From the human T2T-CHM13v2.0 reference genome, Homo sapiens: a stretch of DNA of 64,000 bases. Shown here piece after piece: positions 24,815 through 43,649 of this stretch. Every line of letters begins with the position of its first letter. Positions within the stretch are counted from its first letter, which is position 1. Where the stretch lies: the NCBI RefSeq assembly GCF_009914755.1, contig NC_060933.1. One strand, 5' to 3'. A program made the position numbers and the translations under genes. Below the pieces are notes generated by a model. The model saw nothing but the letters and a program-made list of their open reading frames with translations, ran no database searches and was not told where the DNA came from.

Positions 24815-25000
24815 AGTAGTGCTTCTTAAACTCAAGCAGCACCTGCACCTGGCAGGCTTGTTGAAACACTGATTCCTGGAGCCAATCCCCAGAGTTTCTG
24901 ATTCAGCAGCCCCAGAGTGGGGCCTGAGAATGTGCATTTCCAACAGGTTTCCAGGGATGCTGATGCTGACAGTTAGGGAACCAGTCTTTGTGACCATTGA
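24815..25000. mobile_element. MER5A
   Basis: CCCAGAGTTTCTGATTCAG...GGGGCCTGAGAATGTGCATTTC. Confidence 0.8.
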
Positions 25001-26220
25001 TTGAGCAGATGAGTAAAGTCATCAAACATTCATTCAACAAACATTTTAAAATTAGTAGTCTGTGAGAGGTATTGCTTCAGCATTGGGGATACAGCAGTGA
25101 ACAAGACAAGTGAAGGCCCCTCCTTCAGTGAAGCTTCCAGCATGGACATAAATAACGGACATGGTGGGTGACTCAGGGATCTGAAGCTGACCTGATCAAT
25201 AATATCCCACTGTCAGCTCTGCGATTTTGATAGCTACAGAGATTACCATCTTTTGGCATCCCAAATTATTTCTATTCCCTAAAAGAAAAATCTGTCCAAA
25301 GGGATATGCCATTTAATGAGAACCTACTATGTGATAGAATTTGTGCCAAGGGTTTTGCAAATATATTTGCATTGCATTCTGACAACATGAGAAGCACCAC
25401 TGCCTGCTTTTTTATAGCAGAGGTGACTGAGTTTCAGAGAGGCTGGTTAAATACCTTGCCCATATTTCTACAAACTAGTTTATGGTGCAGCTATGATTTA
25501 TCCATGGTCTTTTTGTTGGTTCATGGTATTTCCTCGATCTGGTCCTCTTAGCAACATTCCCCTACTCCTCCATTTTTTCTAATTAACTCCTCTTAATCAC
25601 TCTTTGGATTCCTAAACAAGTATTGATTTTTCAGGAAAGGATTTCTTGACTTTCTGGGTAAGTTTCAGTGGTATACTGATCTCTTATTTAATTTGCAGCG
25701 AAGGTCATATGATAGCTGCTTAATAAAATTTGCTGATCGAATGAAGGAGCTAATGAATTCAATAAAATCAGGGAAGGCTTCTTGGAGGAGGAGCACCTTG
25801 CTCCAGTGGGCTGAGAAGACATTCCATGAGACCAGAGCAAGGAGAGGAGTGGCCTGGCAGCTGAAGCCAGAGACAGACTTGAACCTGGAGGTATGAAAGC
25901 CTGTGTGGGGGATCAGGTAGTCTGTACAATCTTGGGGCTTGGTAGGTTTCAAGTGGAGGCCACACTGCGGGGAGATTGTAGGGGTTGACAGGGAATTCTG
26001 ATTAAGCTATTTCAGGAAATAGCCCCGGAATATTTGAGGGCAGCCAAACCACATGTATTATTTGTTTCTGTTTCAGAGGAAAAGCTCAACAATTTAGGGT
26101 TCTGTGATAGGTGCATGGGGAAGGGGGTAGGGAGGAGGAAACATTGTTAAGGTTCAAGCTCCAAAACTGTATTCCTGGGACCTAGAGTCCTAGCTCTGCC
26201 CCTTCAGAGCATGTGATTAA

Positions 26221-26554
<334 letters not shown>

Positions 26555-27734
26555 CTAACCACTCTGAAACTCAATTTCCTTCTATGAAAAATAGATTTTT
26601 AAAAATCACTAATTTATTGCATTTTGGTGAGGATTAAATGAGATAATATAGCATTGATGTACCCAGGATGACGTCTGGCACCTGACAAGCATGACAAATA
26701 GTAGCTATTGCCATGAAGATGAGTTTCCTCTTGTCTCTCCTTTCCTTCTCTCTTCTCTCCCTCTTCTTCCTTTCTTCACACATGCCCATGAGAAGATTTA
26801 TAAGGGGTTCTGAGCAGAGCCCTGGAACTGGTTCTTGGCATCTACGCAGATGGGACATCACAGAGGGGCTAAAGGACGGAGCCTAGGGCAGCAGGGTGAG
26901 GCTCAAGGTAAAGCCGGTCATAGCCCGGGGCATCCAGATCATTCACCTTTTGGCATCCCAGTTTCTGCATCCGCATCAGGGTCACCATAATCCCAGCTGA
27001 TCATTATTGCTACTATTATTGTCTCACTGCCTCAAATTCCTAATCTCCTCCCAGGAAATAATGTAGCAACTACTGAGGCCAGCAAGGGGCTGAGTCCAAA
27101 TCAGATGAATACCATAGAACATGCTAATCTGAAGGGAAGTTCCTGCCTGGAGTAGAGGCCGCATTGCACTCACCTCCACACGAAACCAAAACAAAAAAAT
27201 CAAGAGAAACAAATGATGCTTAAAACAGGAAAATCTTTCAGAGTTCACTTGGCTGCAGAGTCTTGTAGGGGACAGAATTACGGTAAATCTAAAAATAATG
27301 CCTTGTGTGCTTTTTCATTAAATGCACAAAAGTTTTCTCTTTTCTACTTGCCCAGGGAACAATATAATCCAACAAGCATACTTTGCCTGGTTTCTTTGCG
27401 TAGGACCCAGAAAAGCTCAGGGGAGAAAGAGTTCCTGAGATTGTAGTTTGTTGCTTGAAGATCAAACCCAGAGAAAGTTATTTTTATACCTAGTCTTTTT
27501 TTTTTTTCCTTCTCCTTTCAACTGTGTGGTATTTATCCTAGAATTAGGGGGTTGGTCTTGTTAAACAAAATATTTTTTTCCTTGATTTTAAAAGGAGTAC
27601 ATGTTCATTATAGAAAATTAGAGACTACTAAAAAAAAAGAAGAAAATGACATCTGTCACTCAAAGCTAGCCATGGTTAATGCTTCATGACTTTTTTTCTT
27701 CTAGACTTTTTTTTTTTTTACTATGCTTCTTTCA

Positions 27735-33000
<5,266 letters not shown>

Positions 33001-33265
33001 TATATACATTATCCTGACTCCTCAAGAATTCCCAAATACACAATAATATTTATTAAACAAATGAGGAAACTGAGGCCAAGAGGGGCAAATAGAGAAGGCA
33101 GGTGTTAATTCAGGTTGATTTAACTCAAGCAGTTTTTTTTACTTATGTAACTGCTTAATCAGTCATTTGGAAAATAAGATAAAAGAATCTGGGATTATTG
33201 GTAAATATGAATTTAAGGGCTGTCTGGGGATTTGCTCTTGTGATATTAGTGCTAGCTCTTTATTT

Positions 33266-33372
33266 ATTTATTTATTTATCCATTCATGATATCTATTGAG
33301 GGCTCCCTGAGCTGGACTCTGGACCAGGACAGGAATCAGGCATTTATCCTTGTGAACTTCATGTGTCTTGAC
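33266..33372 (+). repeat. Donor copy of the segment repeated at 35385-35491
   Basis: ATTTATCCATTC(A/G)TGATATCTATTGAGGGCTC..GAGCTGGACTCTGGACCAGGACAGGAATCAGGC occurs at both sites. Confidence 0.95.
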
Positions 33373-33383
33373 CTGCTTCTTAG

Positions 33384-33770
<387 letters not shown>

Positions 33771-33987
33771 TAAATAGAAGTTGCAAATGCCAGTAATGAC
33801 CAGGAGCTAATTTCACTCTCTGATTGTTGTGGTGACATTTCTATTATTGCTGGTCATTGTTGCATATTTTTGGCCTCTGCCTCTTCCAAGTCTCTCTCCC
33901 TACCTCCTGGTCCTAGCTACCGCTCTGGTTTCCATCTCCAACTCTTTTTTGGAAAAGTTCACCTGATCCCATCACTGTGGTTTTCTC

Positions 33988-34415
33988 ATGAGCTAATGAA
34001 GAAATGCCTCGCACCTGATGAACACTGGCTGTTAATCAGCAGCAGTGCAATTACTCTCACACCATCGTCCTTACTACAAATGCCTTCACTGCCTTCTCAT
34101 TGTCCTCAAATTAAAGGCCAAGCACCTTAGCATGACTCATGGAAACCAGGCCCTGCTTTCTCTCGGCCTCAATTCTCACCACTTTCCCACCCTCCCTAGT
34201 CCAGCCACAGAAGCTCTTGCAAGTTCCCAAATGCTCCATGCTCTCTCGACCACAGCTCTTTGCACAGGCTGCTTTCTCTGCTAAGAATGCCCTTCTAGGA
34301 ATCCAGGCACTGCATCCCAGGACCCAGGCATTCACAGACGACAAACCCAGAGAGGCAACTTTAAAGGGGCTTGGTTCTCAGAAGTTTATCCCAGTTGGGC
34401 AGAGTGTGTGTGAGT
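33988..34415 (+). repeat. Left arm of local inverted duplication (partly L2-derived)
   Basis: Reverse complement of 35116-35384 plus 35491-35637; 10 mismatches in a 118-nt hand-aligned block. Confidence 0.95.
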
Positions 34416-35115
34416 CGAATGCTGGCTGCTGGCTGCCTGTGAGCTGCGTCTCTAGCCCTAATTTTGCCTCTATTTCTTATCTTAACTGACCCTCGACTCT
34501 CTGCTGAGGATACCGTTTGCCCTTGGCCTTTGAGAGTTAAGGTTTTAAAAAATTCCTGACTCCAGATGTGGAGGCAGAGGCTGCCTTCTCCTGCTTTTCA
34601 TTGCCACTTCCAGATCCTTGCACACCTGCCACTGTTCAGCCTCCCTCTCCTCTCCAAACCTTCACTCACATTTCATGCAGTGACTCTGCCTCTAGGACCA
34701 GGCAGTGGCTGGGTGCTTTCTCATGTGGTAGGTGTCTCAACACATCTTCCCAAACCACCTTGCAGGAAAGTTATGCTTACCCCTGCTTTACAGATGGAGA
34801 AATTAGAAGCTTAAAGAGGTGAACTTTGCTCAAAGTCTTGGCCAGGGTTGCAAACTCACACCTGCTTCTGAGTCTGTGTTCTTTCCCCTATTCTGTGGTC
34901 TTGGAAAGTTTAAGGTTATGTCACTGCTGATACTAAGTGGTGACCACGGGCAAGTCACTGGCCTTTTATGGACCACAATTCTTTCATTTTAAAGCTGGGG
35001 AGACCCATATCTATCTTCCCCTTTCATGGGGTTGTTGGATATTTCAAAGCCACTAGAAAGCTCTTTCTAGAAGACACATGAACTTTAAAAGGCCAGTTGA
35101 AAGGTCCAACCCTCT

Positions 35116-35637
35116 GGCTCACTCACTGTCCAAAATGGGATACACCTCTGAGAGACGAGCCCATTTAAGGTCGCCTCTCTGCATTTGTCGTCTGTGAATG
35201 CCTGGGTCCTGGGATGCAGTGCCTGGATTCCTGGAAGGGCATTCTTAGAGAAAGCAGCCTGTGCAAAGAGCTGAGGTTGAGAGAGCACGTAGCATTTGGG
35301 AAACTGCAAGGGCTTCTATGGCTGGACTAGGGAGGGTGGGAAAGTGGTGAGAATTGAGGCTGAGAGAGAGCAGGGCCTGGTTTCATTTATTTATTTATCC
35401 ATTCGTGATATCTATTGAGGGCTCTCTGAGCTGGACTCTGGACCAGGACAGGAATCAGGCTCTTGTCCTTGTGAACTCCATGTGTCTTGACATGCTAAAG
35501 TGCTTGGGCTTTAATGTGAGGACAATGAGAAGGCAGTGAAGGCATTTCTAGTAAGGACGATGCTGATGAGACTAATTTCCCTGCTGCTGCTAACAGCCAG
35601 TGTTCATCAGGTGCAAGGCATTTCTTCATTAACTCAT
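35116..35637 (-). repeat. Right arm of local inverted duplication with ~106-nt templated insert
   Basis: ORFs 34139+ and 35085- share PQLFAQAAFS...GIQALHPRTQAFTDDK. Confidence 0.95.
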
Positions 35638-36079
35638 AATGCACTCAACAGCCATTGTAAGTGGGATAGATGTTATTCTCATTTTAAGGTGAAGAAGCCA
35701 TGAGAAGACTAAGTTCGGCGATGTTAAGTAACTGACCCAAAGTATACACAGGTGGTCTGTTGTTGACCCAGACTTCAACCCAGGCTATCTGACTCTAGGG
35801 GCCACTCTCTTAACCCCGCCCTTCTCCTCAGTGGTCGGAGCTGAAGTATTATCTTGCTTGATTTTTCAGTTTACCTTTTTGAGAGTTAAATCTGTGTGGA
35901 GGAGGAAAGGAGGAGAGACTAGAAGCGGAGAGGCCCTTTGGAGGCTCTGGTTCAGGCAAAAAAGGATGGTGAGTTTAATCTTGGGAGGGGGGGTGACTTT
36001 GAAATTTGGCAAGTTCAAGAGGCTTTAGGAAATTAGAATGAATAGTACATTGATCCATTCACTCAGCAGCTACTATCTG

Positions 36080-36355
36080 TCTGTTTAGAGGCAGGATCTT
36101 GCTCTGTCATCCAGGCTGGAGTGCAGTGGTACAATTATGGTTCACTATAACCTCAATTTCCTGGGTGCAAGTGATCCTCCTGCCTCAGCCTCCCAAGTAG
36201 CTGGGAATACAGTGCGTGTCACTACTAAAAATTTTTATAGAGATGGGTTCTGTCTATGTTGCCCAGGCTGGTCTTGAACTCCTGGCTTCAAGTGATTCTC
36301 CTGCCTTGGCCTCCCAAAGTGTTGGGATTACAGGTATAAGCCGCCATGCCTAGCC
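36080..36355 (-). mobile_element. AluJ
   Basis: Antisense dimer. Confidence 0.9.
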
Positions 36356-37369
36356 ATCTGTTTATTGAGCAGCTAAGATGTGCCAGGCCCAGAAATGGCC
36401 AGGCCTGGGTTGGGGGGTGGCCCAGAAAGATTGCTGGTCTGTGAGTGAGAGGGGTGAGTCAAAAGTGACCTCACCAGATAAGGAGAGTTCTTCCTGAAAT
36501 GAAGGTGCAGCCCACACCACTGCCTGAGGCAGAAGGAGTTAAGGGGAGCCTCCTGGAAGGGTCCCATCCTGCAGGTGAGAAGCGAGGGCCATCTGCAAGT
36601 GGGGCCGCCTGTAGTTTCCACCTGGCTGTGATGGGTTCCTTTTTGGCTCAAGTTGAGGTTTGCTTTGGCATGATTCCTCATTAATTACCCTTGGAGGTAA
36701 TTCTGCAAATGCCAGTAATGACCAGTAGTTAATCTCTCTCTCTCCTGCTTGCCTCGCTTCTTCACTTGTTTTTTTCTTTAATGGGCCATCCAACCTTGTT
36801 GGAATGTTTACCAAAGCAGGATAGTTAGAGATGTAAATAAATGAATTTACCTTGTCTAAAGGATCTGGAGATAGAATTAAGGTGAGAGGAGTAATTTACA
36901 GGTGAATAATTACTTGGAAACCTCAGCAGAGAGACTGCTGGCGTTCTCTAATTATTTCTCTTCTCCCAATTTTCTCTTCTTTGAACTGCCAGCACGGGGG
37001 TGTACAGGGGTGGCATGGGGGGCTGGAGATGTTATTCTGGATTTCCCCTTGTGATTGTGAAATTCCTTCTGGGGAGGGCCTTGCCAGGATGTAGGGTTGT
37101 GACTTGCATGGCACTTTCACACCATGACTTCATTCAGATCCTCTGTGAGCGCTCTAGGTGGATGGTATGGCTAGCCACATTTATGGATGGAGAAATTGAG
37201 GTTCCTATATGTGAAGTCATTCCCCACAAGCCACACCACGGATCAGTTGCGTATTGTGGCTCAGACCCAGGTTTCTGACACTCCCCCCGCCCTACAGCTG
37301 CCTATAGGGCTTCCTCACCTGCCAGGCTGCCTTCTCCCTTCCCCAGGCAGACCCTTGACCCCTCCCAAA

Positions 37370-37840
37370 CACCCCAGGCCGCGTGGAGCCAAAACGTTCT
37401 TTGGCGAACAACCTGCTCCGTCTTCCCTGTAAGCTAGTGGCCGCGCCCCTTCCTTACGCAGCTCATTTTCCATTTTAAGATTTCCTGTTTGAACTAAAGG
37501 GCAAAGATCTCAGCAGTATCAGCCTGGAGCCGGGCTTCTGTGTGTATAAAGGGGAGCCCTGGTCCCTGCCCTCTGTTTGTCCACTGGCCTTATCGACGGA
37601 GCCCAAGTCCCAAGTTCAGAGGCTTCAGTTCCTTCCCGATTTGCTGGGTAAAGTCCGGCCCTTCCGTGCGGGCGGCCAGGGCGGGTGGCCAGCCTGGAGC
37701 CAGCGGTCATTTATGGCCGGGCAGCGCTTCCGTCCTGCCTGGCAAGCCACTGGCTGCCGCTGACAGACGGACGGACGATGGAGAGACAAGGGCTCTTGGG
37801 GGTGCTTTCTCTTTCCCGTCCTTCCCTTTGTCCTCGGCTG
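37370..37840. promoter_or_regulatory. CpG-enriched promoter/enhancer-like element
   Basis: Densest non-Alu CpG stretch in the window; TATAAA 37545-37550, ETS CTTCCG 37661 and 37727, GC box 37679, TTTATGGC 37710, TGACAG 37761. Confidence 0.65.
37458..37473 (-). other. Candidate coding part of a first exon (MENEL + 1 nt)
   Basis: Minus strand aaaATGGAAAATGAGCTGC|gtaagg: strong Kozak then a GT donor. No downstream exon found. Confidence 0.25.
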
Positions 37841-39739
37841 AGGGCTGAACTCCTCTGGGGCTCTGCTGGCCTGGCAGCCATATGTCCCTGTAAATAGGGA
37901 CAGACAGGGAGGAGGTCTGGGTTCCCTGAAGCCTCCTTGAAATTACATCTTCTTATGGGGTCGATTTGGCTCTCCAGGCCAGCATATACACTCACACTCA
38001 CACACATATTCATGCTCAAGCACACACTCCCGGATAAAAACCGAGGCTCTCTATAGCTGAGTCCTTTCTCAGAGACACTGAGCTGGTGCCATTTTTATGG
38101 GGGATAATAAGAACTGTATCTTGGGAAGAACAGCACGTTAGTTCCAAGGTCCTTTCATCTCCTATGTCTCATCTGATCTGGAGGAAAATCAGGAGTCATC
38201 CAGATAGTTATCACCTGCATTTTACAGATGAGAGAAACTGAGAATCGGTGCCTTCATTTAATCATCCCTTTATTCAACGGGAGTTCCTAGGGAGCTTGCA
38301 TCCACCAGGTGCTAAGGATTAAGAGGTGAAGTAGGTACAGTCCCTCTTCAGGTTGCTCAGGAAGTCAGTGATTGCAAGGCGGGGCACCAAATGCCCGAAG
38401 CAGCACCCTGGGGTGCCATGGGAGGCGGGAGTCAGGGCATGGGTTGGGGCTGGGGAAATGCTCCCATAAGGTTTGTCCAAAACCCCTGTGAAGCACAAGG
38501 AGACCCGGAGAAGGGCTGTAGCTCTTGATGGTGTGCACAGGACACATCCTACCTTTGAGTCTAGGCACAAATTGTGCATGAGGCTCTCTCTGTAGTGAAA
38601 GTCAGCCCTAGAGACACAGTGGAGAGGCTTCCTCTATTTGTGAACTGCTTTATCTCCAGGGCCTTAAATGGAGCACTCGATAAATATTTGCTGTTGAATG
38701 GACGCATACTACATACACACGTGCACACACAGTGCATGCCACTCTATCTCAGAGCTATAGAACCTACAACCTGAAGGAAGCTTCTAGAATAGTGCAGATT
38801 GATGGCTGGGGGCAGATCCAGAGTCAGAGCCATGGTGACCTGATTCTGGATCTCATATGCATGCCCTGAAGACCATGGGACTAGGTATTGAGGCACCCAA
38901 GTTCTGGTCTCCTTTACAATAGCTTTCAACTTTGTGTGACCTAATTTTTTTCCATTGCAAAGTAAGGAGGCCCTGTTGGCTGACCTCAGAAAGCCCCTTT
39001 TTCTGCTCTAACATTTGGTTAGTCTGGGAATGGGCAAATGGTACTAGGCAGGAATTTCTCCAAGCTGAGGAGAGTCCTTCTCTTTCCAGCCTGATATAGC
39101 AGGCTTCTGTCTGTTCTCCCTTGCCAACCCTCGTTGCCAGAAAAATGTAGGCCCCGTGGTCACTGCTGCTGGCCCTCTGGGCTCCTGTCTGCCTTCCCTG
39201 CTGCCTGCTGGCATGCAGGGGTGAGGGGCTATCATGTGGCTATTCTCCCACCCCCAGGCCCAGCCTCCCCATTCACTTCATCAGAACAAGGTGTCTGGGA
39301 ACTGAGGAGTCTAGGGGTGACAGGGTGTCACTAGGCTCTTCCAGGCTGTGGTCAGCCCAGAGCCCCACAGCCCCAGAGCCTGTGCAGAGTCCTGCCTGGG
39401 GACTGTCCCATCTGGCCTGCCCTTCCGCCTTCCCTCTCATGGCTGCCGATGTGTGGTCTGCAGTAAATTTCTCTTGAGGCTCAGAGACTTCAGCAATGGC
39501 TATGAAAGATGTGGAGTCCCCAGTGTGCCCTCAGCCTGCAGCCATCATCTTTTCTGGGAAGTGGCACTTCAAGAGGTCATGGGGAAAAACTGTCTCCATC
39601 AGACCTCCCCACCGGGCAGCCTCTCCCACTTTGAGCCTTTCCCAATGGCATCCATGCCCCTTCCACATGATTTACCTCCCCTCCCCCACGGTGTTGTCCT
39701 TTTCTATCCCCTCTCTCTGGGAGGGAACACGGGACAGTG

Positions 39740-40070
39740 GAACTTGAAGTTGGAAAGACCGGGGAGTCTTTAAATCCCAGCCCTGCTGCAAATCAGCAGT
39801 ATGACTTGAGCCTCAGGTTTTTCATCTATAAAATAATTACTTTTTCCCAGGCTTGTTAGGAAGATTCTATGAGATTATAGTGCATTAAAGCTCCAGGCAG
39901 GTAATAGTAGTGAACAATACTGTAGAATTAGCTGTGTACTAGGCACTGTTCCAAGCATTCCTCAACCCTAGGAGGAAAGGACTATTTACTCCCATGTTAC
40001 AGGGAGGTTAAGTCATGGCCCAAGGTCAGGTAGCTTGTAGGTGGCAGAGCTGGGGTCATGAATCTAGAAG
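39740..40070. mobile_element. Two MIR fragments in opposite orientation
   Basis: GAGCCTCAGG..TCATCTATAAAA (+) and CCCAAGGTCA..GTGGCAGAGCTGGG (-). Confidence 0.6.
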
Positions 40071-40079
40071 ACTGGCTTG

Positions 40080-40817
40080 TTTTTGTTTTTTGAGACAAGG
40101 TCACTCTCTGTTGCCCAGCCTGGAGTGCAGTGTAATGGCACAATCATGGCTCACTGCAGCCTCGACCTCCCTGGGCTCAGGTGATCCTCCTACCTCAGCC
40201 CCCTAAGTAGCTGGAACCACAGGTGTCTGCCACCACACCTGGCTAATTTTTGTACTTTTTATAGAGACAGGGTTTCACTATGTTGCCCAGGCTGGTCTCC
40301 AACTCTTGGGCTGTTCTCTAACTCTTGGGCTGAAGCAATCTACCAGTCTTGGCCTTCCAGAGTGCTGAGATTACAGGTGTGAGCCACTGCGTCCAGCAGT
40401 CTGACTCTTAAACAGTTCTTCACAACCTCAAGATGCGTGTGCTTGCTGAATGTTTCTTGGGTCCAGTTGCTCCCAACTAATTTGGGAGCTGCGAGCATTT
40501 GCACTGATGAGACTGATTCGTTTTTTTTTTTTGGGGGACAGAGTTTCGCTCTTGCCGCCCAGGTGGGAGTGTAGTGTCGCGAACTCAGCTCGCTGCAACC
40601 TCCACCTCCCGGGTTCAAGTGATTCTCCCACCTCAGCCTCCTGAGTAGCTAGGGTTACAGGTGCCCGCCACCACACCTGGCTAATTTTTGTATTTTTAGT
40701 AGAGACGGGGTTTCGCCATGTTGGCCAGGCTGGTCTGGAGCTCCTGACCTCAGGTGATCCACCCACCTAGGCCTCCCAAAGTGTTGGGATCACAGGCATG
40801 AGCCACCGTGCCTGGCC
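40080..40817 (-). mobile_element. AluJ (40080-40396) and AluS (40521-40817)
   Basis: Antisense dimers; second has TSD GATGAGACTG(A/C)TTC. Confidence 0.93.
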
Positions 40818-41359
40818 AGATGAGACTGCTTCTTAAGCCATCTTGGGCGTTTCATTCACCCCTTTTCTCCCTTTGTTACCTTCCCACATCCTGTCCACAC
40901 ATCAAGGGCTGGGATCTGGCTCCATTTTCTAGTTCTGTACCCAGGAATGGGAGCAAAGCACCTTAGGCCAAAGTTTTAAGAGGCATAAACTGAAGCAGCG
41001 TTTGTTTTTGGGGTCTGCCATTTAAAAGGAGGCCAGAAAATGACCTCTGAGTGATTCAATTCAGCAGACACTAACATGACAGGGTAGAGGCTGCTGCCAC
41101 AGAACTTACAGCCGGTGGTGTTGCTGGCAGGATCCCCCCAACCCAGGCTAGGCTGTCAGGAGCAAGAGGGATGCGTGTCTTAGCTTTAGCACCTGCAAGC
41201 ACCAGAGGCCAGTCTGGAAGGGAACTGGGAAACCAGATCAGAGAGGAAGAGGCTGTGCCCATTTCACAGAGAGGAAGGGTAAGGTTTAAGGCCCAGACCC
41301 AGCACTCTTGACTTGGTGATTTCTTTGACTCCTTTCTTCCTTTTACATTTTGTCTCTAT

Positions 41360-41710
41360 TTTTTTTAATTTTAATTTTTAATTTTATTTTTTATTTCCAT
41401 AGGTGTTTGGGAAACAGGTGGTATTTGATTACAAGAGTCATCCTTTAGTGGTACACTCATCACTGAGTAGTATACACTAAACCCAATTTGTAGTCTTTTA
41501 TCCCTCACCCCCACCCCACCCTTTTCTCCAAGTCCCCAAAGTCCATTGTATCATTCTTATGCCTTTGCATCTTCATAGCTTAGCTCCCACATATGAGTGA
41601 GAACATACGAAGTTTTTTCCATTTCCTGAGTTACTTCACTTGGAATAATAGTCTCCAGTTCCATCCAGGTTGCTGCGAATGCCATTAGTTCATTTCTTTT
41701 TATGACTGCA
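41360..41710 (-). mobile_element. L1PB-type 3' end
   Basis: GTCCCCAAAGTCCATTGTATCATTCTTATGCCTTTGCATC..ATAGCTTAGCTCCCACATATGAGTGAGAACATACGA. Confidence 0.9.
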
Positions 41711-41879
41711 TTATCTCTATTTTCAAAACTTCAGGAGAGAGAAGAAGGCCCCAGCAACCCATGATGGGTGGAAGTCCCACATGTAGATAGGGGCCCTGGA
41801 CGGAGGTTGTTGCCTGTTCTGTGAAGGAGCATGAGGAAGGGTGAGGATGAGGGAGTTTTAGCAGCAGGAGAGGAGATGA

Positions 41880-42630
<751 letters not shown>

Positions 42631-43649
42631 TTATTCCCGTGTTCTTGCATTAGGGATCAGGGTACAGGAGTAGTTACAGGCTGGGGAAGAGAAAATCTTT
42701 ATTTTCTATTTTCCAATCATTTAATTCTTCTGTGAGTCTGCTCCTGTAACATCTACTGCAGGTGAGAGAGTTTCCTTTTAGTTTCTAACAAGAAATGCAT
42801 AGTTTTCTTCCTGTGACTTGAAATAGAAAAAAGAAGACAGGGGTAGTGATAGAATGCCTTAGCTAGGACAGGGGTGAGATTGAAAGGGGAACCTCAATTC
42901 TAAGGCAACATTGGTTGTAGGTCACATTTTTAATTCAATACTCGCCTTTACGGGACGGGGAAGGAAGATGCATTGTCACCATGAGCATCTGTGGTAAGTT
43001 GTAACCAGACTTCAGAAATGGCCAAATGTGAGAAAAAAAAAAAAATAGGTGTGTTAGGATGGAGGAAATATGATATTTACTTAGAAATGAAAATTGATTG
43101 CCTTTAACTTACGATAAGATAATTATGTTCCTCTGAGTCATTGTCATGCATTTGTGTTCATAAACCTCCCTCATTAAGTAGTAAGGGTACGCATTTTATC
43201 TTAATTCGTTTTTTATAGGGCTGTGAATTCCTGCATTTATCTACCTTTGTTTTCCTGTGTAGACACAAGGCTGCCTGGCCTCTCAGAGGTGAGATAACTT
43301 ATTATCTAGCAACTATTTCCCTGGAGCCCAGCCTGAGCTGAAGTGGGCTTTCATTTCTCCTCTTACTGCCTTGCAGTGTAACTTTGGGTACACTTTATCT
43401 GCCTGCCTCTGTTTTCTGGTCTGGGTGAAGTTAATATATTAAGTCTCTCATAGGGCTATTGAAAGGATTAAATGAGATATGGTTATATCACTTCTATGAA
43501 GGAGGAGCTGATGCTGCCTAAAGCCCATGCATCAACTCAGCCATTCCTCTCTACTGTCTCAGTTAACAAGAATGGCCCATGTAAACATGAATTGGTGTTG
43601 GGCTGATAATGTGGTCTCCTGAGAAGGGGCAGGAGAAAGTCTCTGAGAA

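Noticed and set aside
33160-33250. Patchy similarity to 36830-37056 (ATGAATTTA, GGATTT..CTTGTGAT)
   Set aside because: Matches are too short and unevenly spaced to call without an alignment.
37458-37473. MENEL resembles the PHC2 N-terminus (MENELPVPH...)
   Set aside because: Only five residues and no further PHC2 sequence in the window, so no gene symbol assigned.
40296-40332. Tandem duplication TCTC(C/T)AACTCTTGGGCTG inside an Alu (similar at 12276-12307)
   Set aside because: Ordinary slippage within neutral repeats.
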